64,000 nucleotides of DNA from contig CAWFJU010000028.1 of assembly GCA_963816275.1 (NCBI GenBank), positions 383-64,382 of the forward strand, given 5' to 3'. The notes under the pieces were generated by a model that saw only the letters and a program-made list of their open reading frames with translations, had not been told where the DNA came from and ran no database searches. Positions 1 to 10,377 of this stretch are shown in pieces. The position numbers were made by a program, and so were the translations under genes. Within the stretch, counting starts at the first letter, position 1, and each line of letters begins with the position of its first letter. Source of the stretch: an uncultured Actinomycetes bacterium (lineage in GTDB: Bacteria; Actinomycetota; UBA4738; HRBIN12).

Positions 1-1333
1 TGAACGCTCGGCCAACTCCTCCGGGCCGTCGCCGGGTTCGTCCGAGAGCGACCCGTCGCGCTCGGGATCGCGGGCGCCGGGGATGAACATCAGGAGCACC
101 GTGATCGCTCCGCCGAGGATCCCGGCGCCGATCAGGGTGGCGTCGGCCCCGAAGGTGTCGGCGAGCGGTCCGACCAGCGCGAACGAGATCGGGAGGCCCG
201 CGATCGTGATCATCCAGTCCAGGCTCGAGACGCGGCCCAGCAGCTCGTTCGGCACGAGCCGCTGCATCAGCGTGAGCCAGATCACCACCAGGACGGCGAT
301 CGATGCCTCCGCTACGAAGCCGACCAGCATCGCCTGCCAGACCGAGTGCACGATCCCGAAGAACGCGGTCATGAACATCCCGAGCGCCCAGGCCAGGTAG
401 AGCAGGGTCAGGGGTCGCCGCGGGAGGACCGCCCGCTGCCCGAGGTAGAGCGCGGCGGCGACGGCACCGATGCCCCCGGCGCCGTACACGAGTCCGAGCG
501 CGATCCCGTCGCGCGCGTGGTTCGTGACGAGGTCGTTCTTGACGACATACGGGACGAGGGTCTCCCACGGGCCCCACGTCGCGAGGAGGCTGAGGGTCGC
601 GCCCGAACATCCCGATCAAGAGCCACCGGTGGCTCGCGACGTAGCTAAGGCCTTCCTTCATCTCACGCCAGAGGGACGCATCTGGATCACGGTCGGCCGG
701 GTCGGGCGCGGTGCGGGCCCGTATCCGCCAGATCATGAGCGCCGACCACGCGAACGTGCCGCCGTCGATGAGGAACGCCTGGCCTGTACCGAACGTGCCC
801 GTGATGATGCCGCCGATCATCGGACCGATCAGCATCAGCGAGGCCGGCCGCACGATCTGGCCGAGAGCGTTCGCCTCGACCAGCGCCTCTTCGGGCACGA
901 TCGAGGGCACGATCGCGTGGAACGACGGACCGAAGAGGGCCTGACCGGCGCCGTACACGACCACCAGGCCGATCAGGATCGGCACCGTCAGCACTCCCGC
1001 GATCGAGAGGGCGCCGATCGTGGTGACGGCGGTCAGCCGGATCAGATCCCCCGCGATCATCAGGAGGCGGCGATCGAGCCGGTCGGAGAGGGCGCCGCTC
1101 GCGAGCAGCAGCAGCACCTGTGGCACCGACCAGGCGATGCCCACCAGCGCGAGGGTGCCCGCGCGGTTGTCGAGCTCGAGCACCTGGAGCGCCATCGCGA
1201 CGATGTAGATGCCGTCGCCGATCAGCGAGACGGTCGTGCCGATCCACAGGCGCCGGAAGTCGGGGAACCGGAGCGGGCGGAGCACGCCGACGCGATCGAC
1301 GAGGGTCGGAGAGGTCGCGGGCGGGAGGCTCAC
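1..1333 (-). CDS. MFS transporter (DHA3/EntS-like), runs off the left edge; one apparent frameshift at ~601
   Basis: Manual translation from GTG 1333: MSLPPATSPTLVDRVGVLRPLRFPDFRRLWIGTTVSLIGDGIY..., with hydrophobic helices. The frame shifts at ...LLIGMFG/ATLSLL. Missing from the ORF track because no stop falls in the window. Confidence 0.85.
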   Translation of the reverse strand, partial: MSLPPATSPTLVDRVGVLRPLRFPDFRRLWIGTTVSLIGDGIYIVAMALQVLELDNRAGTLALVGIAWSVPQVLLLLASGALSDRLDRRLLMIAGDLIRLTAVTTIGALSIAGVLTVPILIGLVVVYGAGQALFGPSFHAIVPSIVPEEALVEANALGQIVRPASLMLIGPMIGGIITGTFGTGQAFLIDGGTFAWSALMIWRIRARTAPDPADRDPDASLWREMKEGLSYVASHRWLLIGMFGRDPQPPRDVGPVGDPRPVCRQERPRHEPRARRDRARTRVRRRGHRCRRRRALPRAAGGPPAATPDPALPGLGARDVHDRVLRDRALGLAGDAGRLRSGGIDRRPGGDLAHADAAARAERAAGPRLEPGLDDHDRGPPDLVRAGRTARRHLRGRRHPDRRRDPRRSDHGAPDVHPRRPRSRARRVALGRTRRRPGGVGRAF

Positions 1334-1379
1334 CCGTGGAGGATAGTGAGCCGCGCGGACGACGCGCGAACACCGAGGG

Positions 1380-2786
1380 TCAGCCGGCTCCCAGGTCGAT
1401 CCGGCCGTCGGACATCGTCACGACGCGATCGAGGGTCGGGGTGAGGGCGCGGTCGTGCGTCGCGATCACGCATGTGGTGCCGGTCCCCGTCGCGTCCCGC
1501 ATCACGTCGAGCATGCGCGCGGCCCACCCCGCGTCCTGGTGGGCGGTCGGCTCGTCGGCCACGAGCACCCGGGGTGAGAGCACGAGCGCCCGGGCGAGCG
1601 CGGTGCGCTGCTGCTCCCCGAGGGAGGTCTCCTTGGGGTAGCGGCGCCGGAACGCCGACAGGCCGAGCCGGTCGATCAGGTCCTCGACGAGCTCGGATGC
1701 GTCGGTGAGGCGCCCCGCGAGCCGTGCCGGGTATCGCACGTGCTCCTCCACGGAAAGCTCATCCATCAGCCCGAGCCGCTGCGGCACGACGGCGAGATCG
1801 GCCCACGAGGGCGACGACCCGCCGGGGACTTCGACGGTCCCCTGGTCCGCCCGCTCCCAGCCGGCCACGAGATTCAATAGCGTGGTCTTGCCCGAGCCCG
1901 ACCGGCCGACGACGCCCACGACCTCGCCGGGCGCGAGCGTGAGCGAGACGTCGCGCACCGCGTGCACGACCTCGTCGCCATGCGCGAACGAGCGCGAGAC
2001 GCCGTCGAGCCGGACCGACGCGGGCGCGTCCTCACCGAGCCAGTTCGCGTCGCCCGCGGGCCACCGGATCGGCTCGGTCGAGAAGGGGTCGGCGCGATCA
2101 TCGATCTGCGCACCCTTCACGTGACCGTGCTCCAGCTCGAGGCGTGCGTGTGCGACCGCCATCACGTCAGGGTCGTGCGTCCCGATCACGAAGCCGACGC
2201 CGCGCTCCGACAACGCGCGGATCCGTCCGAGCACGCCCTCGGCGGAGGCGACGTCGAGTTCGGCCGTGGGCTCGTCGGCCACGACGAGCGTCGCGCCGGT
2301 CGCGAGCGCCTGCGCGAACGCCGCGCGCTGCTGTTCGCCCCCTGAGAGCTCGTCGGGGAGATGATCGATGCGGTCCGAGATCCCGAGTTCCCGCAGCAGC
2401 TCGAATGCGTCGACGCCGCTCGCCCCGCCGCGCGAGGCGAGCTCGAGGTGCTCGCCGACGGTGAGGTGCTCGATGAAGTTGTCGGTGGGGCGCTGGTACA
2501 CGTAGGCCACCGACCGATGCCGCAGGCGGCGACGTGCGCGCCCGGAGGCGCGGCCGATCTCGTGCCCGGCCACCGAGATGCTGCCGGCCGTCGGCGTGTC
2601 GAGGCCGGCGATCAAGCGGAGCAGCGACGACTTGCCGCTGCCGGACGGACCGACGACCGCCGTCACCACGCCCGGGGCGATCGAGGCGGTGACGTCCCGG
2701 AGCGCCTGGACCTCCCCGCTCGGGGATCGGTAGGTACGGACGAGGTGCTCGAGTCGGACGGCGTCGCCGGAGGGCTCAGGTCGCAG
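1380..2786 (-). CDS. ABC ATP-binding protein with two fused LolD/MacB-like ATPase domains
   Basis: Two Walker A motifs (GPSGSGKS, GRSGSGKT), LSGGEQQR/SLGEQQR signatures and ADEPT Walker B. The frame stays open up to CTG 2786, behind GGAGG. Confidence 0.9.
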   Translation of the reverse strand: MRPEPSGDAVRLEHLVRTYRSPSGEVQALRDVTASIAPGVVTAVVGPSGSGKSSLLRLIAGLDTPTAGSISVAGHEIGRASGRARRRLRHRSVAYVYQRPTDNFIEHLTVGEHLELASRGGASGVDAFELLRELGISDRIDHLPDELSGGEQQRAAFAQALATGATLVVADEPTAELDVASAEGVLGRIRALSERGVGFVIGTHDPDVMAVAHARLELEHGHVKGAQIDDRADPFSTEPIRWPAGDANWLGEDAPASVRLDGVSRSFAHGDEVVHAVRDVSLTLAPGEVVGVVGRSGSGKTTLLNLVAGWERADQGTVEVPGGSSPSWADLAVVPQRLGLMDELSVEEHVRYPARLAGRLTDASELVEDLIDRLGLSAFRRRYPKETSLGEQQRTALARALVLSPRVLVADEPTAHQDAGWAARMLDVMRDATGTGTTCVIATHDRALTPTLDRVVTMSDGRIDLGAG

Positions 2787-5589
2787 CGCGCATCACCTCC
2801 CCCAGGGAGGCGCGTCGGGACGCGCGCGCGGCGACGGTCCCCCCCACGAACGAGGCCGCGAGGAGCACCACCCCGGCCACGCCGAGCGCGACCCACGGAT
2901 CCGTGATGAGCGGGGGCGGCGGGATCGTCGGCAGCGGATCCAGCGTGGGCACGACGACCGAGACCGACACGATGCCCACGAGGCACCCGAGCACGAGGGC
3001 GAGCCCCAGGATCGCGCCGAGCTCGGCCACGAGAGAGCGGCGGAGCGTCCGCGCGGTCATCCCCATGCGCACGGAGAGGGCGGCCCCGAGCACGCGCGCG
3101 CGCTGCCGTGCCTGCACGTAGACGATCGCGACGACGAGCACGAGCAGGAGCGCCGTCACGCCGAGCAGGTTCAGCATCGCGAACGTGTCGATCGCGGCGT
3201 CGATGTAGGGGATGTCCTTCACCTCGTCGGCCGTGAGCGTGGCGAGGACGAACACCCCGAGCTGGTCCGCCGAGTCCAGCACCTCCGTCGGCGGCCCGTG
3301 GACCCAGAGCTCGGTGGAGCCCTGCGCGACGTTCAGCGGGTTCGGCTGGCCGAGCGCCGCGAAGGTCGCCTCGAGCCGGTCGCGATCGACGACGATCAGC
3401 GGCCGGTCGGCCGACGACGTGCCGGGGAAGCTCGTCGTCGTGCCGACGACGCGGACGGGGACCGTCGCCTGCCCGAGGTCGATCGAGGACACGGCGATCC
3501 CGCGGCCGTTCGAGACCACGATCGGGAGCGGCTCCTCGGGGCCCGAGTCGACCCGGTCGAGCAGCGTCGAGAGGGGCACGTCGGAGAAGGCGTCTCGCCA
3601 GAACGCCGCGCCCTCGAGCGTCGTGGGGTCGATCGCCAGGATGTCGTAGTGCTGCTCCGTCCCGGTGTATGCCCCGGCGTCTCGAACGCGCGACGCCTTC
3701 GTCACCGGGTAGGGGTAGCCGCTCGTGTCGGGCTCCGAGTCGAGGCCGACCCGCAATTGCACGTCGCTACCCACGAAGACGCCCGCCTTCGCGTCGACGG
3801 TCCCACGGAGTGAGGCGGCCATCGCCTGCGCCGAGGCGAAGACCGCGAGCGCGAGCACCGAGGCCACCAGGAACAGCGCGGCCAGCCGCGACGACGAGGC
3901 GAGACGGCGCTCGGCCATGAACCACGCCGAGACGCGAGAACGCTCGCCGGGGCGTCGCCGGAGCAACACCACGACCGCGATCCGGGCGACGAGGATGCCG
4001 ATCCCGAGCGCGAGCGCGAGCGGGAAGAGGAAGACCGCGCCGCTCGGCCGCGTGACCCCCTCGGACTCGACGAGGCCCCCGCCGGTCTCGAGCCGCTGGT
4101 ACAGGATCCAGGCGGCCCCGAACGCGAGTAGCTCCCACGGGAACCAGAGCACCGCGCGCGCGAGCCGGTCGCGGTGCTCGTGCCGAGCGACGTAGGAGGC
4201 CGCCGACACGACCGCGATCAGCAGGAGCGCCGCGCCCGACGCGACGACCGCCCCGCGGATCGCCCGAGCCGTGGCGGCCGGGTCCACCGCCCCGTCGGGC
4301 CCCGCCACGCGGATCAGCACCGTCGCGAGCACGTAGCCGAGCACCGCCCCCACGACGACGGGCGCGAGCGATTCGAGGGCCGCCTTCGCGGCGACCGCCC
4401 CCGGGCCCCATCCGCGGGCGGTGAGCACCCCGATCTCGACGCGCCGCGCCGCGAACGCGAACGACGCGGCGGCCGCCACGACGGCCATCGCGATCGCGAG
4501 CGCGGCGATCGACAGCACGAGGATCGGCGCCTGCGCGGCGTTGCTCCGCTCCTGCACGACCTGCAAGATGTCGTCGATCGAGGTCCGGAAGGTGTTCTCC
4601 CCGGTCGCGAGCCAGGGCAACTGCTCCCCTCCGTACCAGGGACCGCAGCACGGCACCAACTCGCCGAGCGGGGTGGCCGGACGCTGCATCCGCCGCTCGA
4701 GGCGGTCCGCGAACGCCACGAGGTCCTGGGCCTGCTGCAGCGTCGGGAGCGGGTCGTCGACGAGCGGCGCCTGCCAGGCGAACGACGCGTCCGCGGGCTG
4801 GGACTTGCTCGAGAGTGCCTCGGCCACCTCGCGGAACTTCGCGGCGCTCATCACGATCGGCTGCGGTGGCGTCGGGCAGTTGAAGCATCCGTACGCGGGG
4901 ACGAACTCGTCGATGAACGGCTGGAAGTAGCCCACACGCGGCAGCGCGTACAACCCGCGGTAGACGCCGTCGACCGTGACCGTCACGCTGCGCCCGTTCA
5001 GCCGGAGCTCGACCTCGTCGCCGGGGCCGACGCCGGCCGGGTCGGCCGCGAGATCCGGGAGCCAGACGCCGTCGCCCAGCCTGCCCGGATCGCCCTGGAG
5101 CACGCGCAGGTGATCGACCGCGCCGTCGCCCGAGAAGACGGCGCCGTTCACGGGCCCCGACTCCGGGACCACGCCGCCCGGGAGGGTCACGTCGACCGTC
5201 GGGCCGAGCATCTGCGTGACGGTCGGATCGACCTCGGGGGAGCCGGACGCCGCCTGCGCGAACGCGCGACCCCGCTCCTCGGCGAGCGGGCCGCCGCCGG
5301 GCCCCTCGGCGTCGATGGGGAGGTTGGTGCTCTTGTAGGTGAGCCCCGCCTCGTAGCGCGACACCGTGGTGCCGTGGAGGTTCGCCGCGAGCAGCTCGCT
5401 CTGCGACGCGGAGACGAACAGGGGGTACGCGGACGCCGAGACGACCACGAGCAGCGCCCCGACCGCGAGCGCGACGAAGGACACGGGATGGTGGAGGAGC
5501 CGCCCCGGGGCCTTCCGCCAGAGCGGATGGCGATGCGGAACGCGGCGCCGTCGCCCGAGCCGTTCGAACCGTCGCGTCCTCCACCCCAC
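2776..5589 (-). CDS. FtsX/MacB-like ABC permease, 937 aa
   Basis: Two large extracytoplasmic loops, each followed by a TM bundle with RRVEIGVLTARGWG-type motifs. Overlaps the ATPase gene. Confidence 0.85.
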   Translation of the reverse strand: MGWRTRRFERLGRRRRVPHRHPLWRKAPGRLLHHPVSFVALAVGALLVVVSASAYPLFVSASQSELLAANLHGTTVSRYEAGLTYKSTNLPIDAEGPGGGPLAEERGRAFAQAASGSPEVDPTVTQMLGPTVDVTLPGGVVPESGPVNGAVFSGDGAVDHLRVLQGDPGRLGDGVWLPDLAADPAGVGPGDEVELRLNGRSVTVTVDGVYRGLYALPRVGYFQPFIDEFVPAYGCFNCPTPPQPIVMSAAKFREVAEALSSKSQPADASFAWQAPLVDDPLPTLQQAQDLVAFADRLERRMQRPATPLGELVPCCGPWYGGEQLPWLATGENTFRTSIDDILQVVQERSNAAQAPILVLSIAALAIAMAVVAAAASFAFAARRVEIGVLTARGWGPGAVAAKAALESLAPVVVGAVLGYVLATVLIRVAGPDGAVDPAATARAIRGAVVASGAALLLIAVVSAASYVARHEHRDRLARAVLWFPWELLAFGAAWILYQRLETGGGLVESEGVTRPSGAVFLFPLALALGIGILVARIAVVVLLRRRPGERSRVSAWFMAERRLASSSRLAALFLVASVLALAVFASAQAMAASLRGTVDAKAGVFVGSDVQLRVGLDSEPDTSGYPYPVTKASRVRDAGAYTGTEQHYDILAIDPTTLEGAAFWRDAFSDVPLSTLLDRVDSGPEEPLPIVVSNGRGIAVSSIDLGQATVPVRVVGTTTSFPGTSSADRPLIVVDRDRLEATFAALGQPNPLNVAQGSTELWVHGPPTEVLDSADQLGVFVLATLTADEVKDIPYIDAAIDTFAMLNLLGVTALLLVLVVAIVYVQARQRARVLGAALSVRMGMTARTLRRSLVAELGAILGLALVLGCLVGIVSVSVVVPTLDPLPTIPPPPLITDPWVALGVAGVVLLAASFVGGTVAARASRRASLGEVMRAAT

Positions 5590-5595
5590 GAGTAT

Positions 5596-6709
5596 CTACG
5601 TGGAGGTCGTGACCTGAGGCTCCCGGCGCAGATGAATCGCAGGATCGTCGAGCCCCTCGGGCGCCTGGTCCGGCCCGGCCGCAGGGCGGAATCCGGGGAG
5701 TCGAAGGACGAACGTGGTGCCGTGGCCGAGCCAGGCTCCGCACCGACACCGTCCCCCCATGGGATTCGACGATCGCCTTGACCATGGCCAACCCGAGCCC
5801 GGTACCCCCTGCACGGTGCTCACGGGCACGCGGCGTGCGGGCGAAGCGATCGAACACGTGGGGGAGCTGCTCGGGCGCGATCCCGACGCCGGTATCCGAT
5901 ACCTCGATGACCAATGCTTCGTCTCGTGCGGAAGCGGCGACCCGAACGTCGTCCCCCGTCTCGGTGAATCGCAGGGCATTCTCGATCAGTGAATCCATCG
6001 CGAGCTCGAGACGCTCGAGGTCTGCCGAGACCCAGCCGTGCACATCGACGTCGAGCGCCCAGTTGCGTGATGCGGTGACGCTCCAGCGACGGACGGTCCT
6101 CGAGAGGAACGGTTCGACCCGGAACTCGCCGCGGCGCAGGAAGTCGGTGTGCTCCGCGGCGGCGAGGATCAGGAGCCGCTCCGACGCGCGCGTGAGCCGA
6201 CTGAGCTCATCGAGGACGACCTCGGCATCCGCCACGATCTGATCGGACGGCGCCGCCTCGAGGATCAGCTCGGTGTGGCCCCGAGCCACCGTGATCGGGG
6301 TCTTCAGCTCGTGCGATGCGTCCCTCGCGAACTCGGCCTGCCGCTCACGCAGCCGCTGCTCGCTCTCGATCGCCCGCCGGGCCCGCTCCGTGTGCCAGAC
6401 CATGGCCAGGAACATCGCGCCCATCAGCGGGATCTCGGTCATCTCGTCCAACCCCGGTCCACCCGCCGAGGCGGCCGCGTGATAGAGCGACCATCCCGTC
6501 ACGAGCATCACGACGGCGAGCACGAGGATGGTCGATCGGAGGCGCCAGAGTCTGATCCCGTACACGATCGTCAGGCTCACCCAGACGAAGTGGAACGGGA
6601 TCGTCTCCCATCCCGTGATGTCGAGCAGCACGGTGAGGTTCGCGAGGGCGAAGATCGCCCACGCGACCTCGACCCACCGCCTACGCAGCACCGACGCGAT
6701 AGCCGACAT
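5596..6709 (-). CDS. Membrane sensor histidine kinase; frameshift at ~5735
   Basis: N-terminal TM helices, H-box DASHELKTP, N-box ENALRF, G1 DTGVG and G2 GTGLGL. The C-terminus GHGTTFVLRLP is in the 5596..5979 frame. Confidence 0.9.
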
Positions 6710-7353
6710 GGCGCACCGTCTCGATCACGTCGTCCCCAAGCTTCGGACGGAGCCGTCCGATCGTGACGTCCACGACGTTGCTACCGAGGTCGAAGTCCAC
6801 GCCCCATACGTCCGAGAGCAGATTCCTGGCGGGACGCGGGCAATCCCTGCTTGCCCATCAGGTACTGGAGGAGCACGAACTCCCGTTCAGAGAGGCTCAC
6901 GGGACCGCGCCCGGAGTCGGCCACCCGCGTGACGGGGTCGAGGACGATCTTGCCCGCCTGGAGGAACCGCTCGCCCGATGGCGGGCGTCTGAGCCGGGCC
7001 TTCACGCGCGCCACGAGCTCGGAGAGCGCGAACGGCTTCGACAGGTAGTCAGACGCACCGATCTCGAGGCAGCGGACCTTCGATTCGACGTCCCCGAGCG
7101 CGGAGAGGACGAGCACCGCTTGCGACGGATTCCGCTCGATCAACCGCTCGAGGACCTCGAACCCGTCGATCCCGGGCAGCAGAAGGTCGAGGACCACGAG
7201 GTCGTACCTGACCGTGGCAGTCAGCGCGAGCGCCGTGCCGCCGTCGCTCGCACGGTCAACGTCATAGCCCTCCGAACGGAGGGCGCGCGACACGAAGTTC
7301 GCGATCCGCTCCTCGTCCTCAACGACCAGCACCGACGTCATAGTGCCAGCCAT
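6681..7353 (-). CDS. OmpR-family response regulator; frameshift at ~6830
   Basis: VLVVEDE, LDLLLPGIDG and KPF receiver motifs. The winged-helix tail LSDVWGVDFDLGSNVVDVTIGRLR...ETVRHVGY is in the next frame and ends at TAG 6681. Confidence 0.9.
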
Positions 7354-7596
7354 CGTAGGGAGACCTACCTAGCTTGACCAGGGGACATGGGTCGGTAGAT
7401 GCGCTCGGCCGCCCAGCCATCAGACCTAGGGCTTCCGACCGTTCCCGAGTCACCCGCCCGTGCCTAGAGTTGCTCGGTACGTACCGCAGCATCGTTACCA
7501 CGATGGCGGTACACCGTCGTCTCTGGAGGAAACCATGGCGAGCATCGAAACCCGGCGGGAACCACCGTCTCGATCTGCTTCGAGAACACGGACGAC

Positions 7597-7938
7597 GTGA
7601 TCCGGGCACTGGCACGATTCAACGACCCGACCGCGGCACGGTCGACCTCGTTGATGGTGGTCCCGCGCCATCAACGGCGCGGCGCGGGCGACGCGTACGG
7701 ATTCGCGTCGTTGTCGTGGATCGAGGAGCATGCCGAGCTCGTCAGGCGGCTACGTGGACTCGAGCCGCGGGAACGGGAGATGCTCCTGCTCTGCTACACG
7801 GAAGATCGGAGCGTCGCAGAGGTCGCCGAGCACCTCGGCATCTCTCGCGTCCATGGCTACCGCCTCCGACGCCGAGCTCTGGAGCGCATGACGATCGTGG
7901 AGGGTCGGCTCGAGGCGGTCTCCACGGCTGCCGGTTAG
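7597..7938 (+). CDS. Small sigma-70 region-4-like HTH protein, 113 aa
   Basis: LEPREREMLLLCYTEDRSVAEVAEHLGISRVHGYRLRRRALERM matches the region-4 HTH pattern. No region 2 is visible. Confidence 0.7.
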   Translation: MIRALARFNDPTAARSTSLMVVPRHQRRGAGDAYGFASLSWIEEHAELVRRLRGLEPREREMLLLCYTEDRSVAEVAEHLGISRVHGYRLRRRALERMTIVEGRLEAVSTAAG

Positions 7939-8243
7939 TCCAGATCCCGGGCGAGCGCCGCCAGCGCTTCCACCGAGAGGAGCCGCGGCATCCCGCGGAC
8001 GGGCGGCCCGCCGACCTGTGCCTCGAAGCACGATCCCTGACACCGAACGAGGAACGTCGACCCTTCCGTCGCTTCGCGCGCGAACGATCCCAAGGCCTCC
8101 ACGACGTCGGTGCCGAGCAACGTGGCCAGGGTGATCGCCCACCGCCCCAACTCGTACATCACGTCATCGTCCAAGGGGGGCGCGACGGGTCGTTCCGACG
8201 CGGCGGCGCCTGACGGGTCGTCAGGTCGATCCCGGAACGGCAT
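7935..8243 (-). CDS. Hypothetical protein, 102 aa, last gene of the copper-oxidase operon
   Basis: Its ATG overlaps the S8 gene stop (TGATG at 8241-8245). No recognisable motif. Confidence 0.45.
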   Translation of the reverse strand: MPFRDRPDDPSGAAASERPVAPPLDDDVMYELGRWAITLATLLGTDVVEALGSFAREATEGSTFLVRCQGSCFEAQVGGPPVRGMPRLLSVEALAALARDLD

Positions 8244-10365
8244 CAGGGGCGCTCGATCGCGTCGAGGCCCAGGCCGGCCAGCCCGACCGCGGTCCCGTCA
8301 AGGGCCAACGGAGTGGAGAAGGTGCAGGCGGAGGTGGCGCCGAGCGAGGTGGGGTGGCATACGACGGCGTCGTCGCCCGTCCCCGTCGCTCCCGTCACCT
8401 TGACGTCGCCTACGGTCGACAGGACGATCGAGCCGTCGGCATCGATCGTGGCGGCGTCGGTATCTTCCGAGTTCCACGTCGCGAGACCCACGTCAGAGGC
8501 GTCCAGGTACATCGCGAGCGTGCCTGAGGTGCTGCGTCCGAGCGACGTGGCAGCGAGGGCGATGAGGTCTTCGTCCTGGATCGCCGTGAGAGACGACGTC
8601 GACCCCTTGCCCGACAGCGACAGCACGACCCGTCCATCGGGCAGGACGTCGACGGCGTCGACGTCCTCGCCGTCCGCCGTGAGACCCACATCGGATCCAT
8701 CGAGGTACATCGAGAATGTCCCCGCCGTGACGTCGCCCGTCGACGCCGCGTCGAACCGGACGAGATCCGAGTCATCGACCGTCAAGCGACGCCGGGAACG
8801 GATCCCGCCGCCCCCAGCGAGATCACGAAGGAGTCAGCGTCGAGACGCGCGAACGCGTCCACCTCGCCCGTCACGCCGACATCGGACCCGTCGAACACCA
8901 TCGAGTAGCGGCTCCCGTCGAACGCCACGACGTCCTCATCCCGCACCGTGACGGAGCCGAGATCGTGCGAGCCCGCCGCCGAGATCGACAACTCGAAGGA
9001 GGCGGGTGGATGCGTCCCGAGCCATGCCTCGGCGGCCGCGACGTCGAGCCGTCCATAGCCGTACACGTCGTCGGGGCCCGCGGGGCCGAGGTCGGCGGCC
9101 CCGCCCGTCAGCGCGGCGATCGTCCGGTCCACGGTGAGCGAGGGATGAGCCGACACGAGGAGCGCTGCCGCGCCTGCCACATGCGGCGCGGCGATCGACG
9201 TGCCCGTGATCGTCTGGAAGAGACCGAACCGGTCTGCCGTGCTGATGCCCGACCCCCGGCGCGACGAGCTCGGGGTACACGCCCGTCGAGCCGCCGCAGG
9301 TCGTGGGACCACGGCCGCTACCGCTCCACACGGCGTCGCTCGCGTTCACCGCTCCCACCGCGAACGCCTCCGGGTAGTTCGCGGGGCTCACGCTGCTGCC
9401 GGTGCCCGGCCCGAAGTTGCCGGCCGCCACGACCGGGAGGATGTTCGCGGCACGGAGCGCCTGCAGGTCCGGCTCCAGGGAGAGGTCGCATCCCGGCGCG
9501 GTGCCGAGCGACCAGGAGAGGTTCACGATGTCGGGAGCGTCCGCGGTGGACGGGATCGCCGTCGGGGTCGAGCGCCCACTGGAACGCCTGATGGATCGCG
9601 GTGAGGGAGCTGGAACCCGCGTCGTTCCAGATACGCGCCGCGATCCAGTCGAGCCCCGGGTGCCATGCCGATGGCCGTGCCGCCCGAGTCGCCACCCACC
9701 ATGACCCCCACGGTTCCCGTCCCGTGACCGGTCAGGTCGATCGGCGACGTGGTGTGCTGCCCGTACGGATCGAACCAGCTCCCGGGCGTCCCGCGGAACG
9801 AGCCGGCCAGGTCCGGGTGGGAGGCGTCGACCCCGCTATCCAAGCTCGCGACGACGACACCGGACCCGTCGATCCCCTGGTTCCATAGGGTCGGAGCCTC
9901 GGCGGTGGCGATATTGACCTCAGCGGTGGTCGCGGCGGGAACCACGGAGACCGCATCCGGCCGGACCGCTGCGACGTCGGGGCGGCGTGCGAACGATCTG
10001 ATCACGCCGGGCGTCGCGCGCACCGACACCGCGTTGGCGATCCAAAGGGGGGTCGCGCGTCCGGAGAGCCCGGCGCGCCCAGCGGCCGCCAGCGTCGCCA
10101 TCAGGTCGGTCCGCGCCGCGCGCGACGATCGGCGGAGGCTCGGCACCACCGTCGCCGGACTTGCGGCCCGCGTCGCGGGGTCTCGGAGCGTGATGATCAC
10201 ACGGAGGCGCTCCCCGGGCGGCGCCGTCGACAAGGCTGCCCGCAACTCCCCCGAGAGCGGGGCGCGCATCGCCTGCGACCCGCCCGGGGTCGCGCCGGCG
10301 GGGAGGGACGTGCCGAGCGTGGTCAGCAGGACGAGGACCGAGGCGATCCTCAGCGCCCTCCTCAC
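8243..10365 (-). CDS. Secreted S8 (subtilisin-family) serine peptidase with C-terminal acidic repeat domain; several frameshifts
   Basis: Signal peptide, prodomain, triad LDSGVD / GHGTGTVG / GTSIAAPHVAG and oxyanion VAAGN, spread over ORFs 9523..10365, 9318..9695, 8936..9526, 8782..9312 and 8243..8785. Confidence 0.85.
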
Positions 10366-10377
10366 CTCACCCTCCCT

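Noticed and set aside
3767-6709. 980-aa histidine kinase fusion in the ORF track
   Set aside because: Read-through after a frameshift at ~5735; the tail is an Arg/Gly-rich off-frame translation of the permease.
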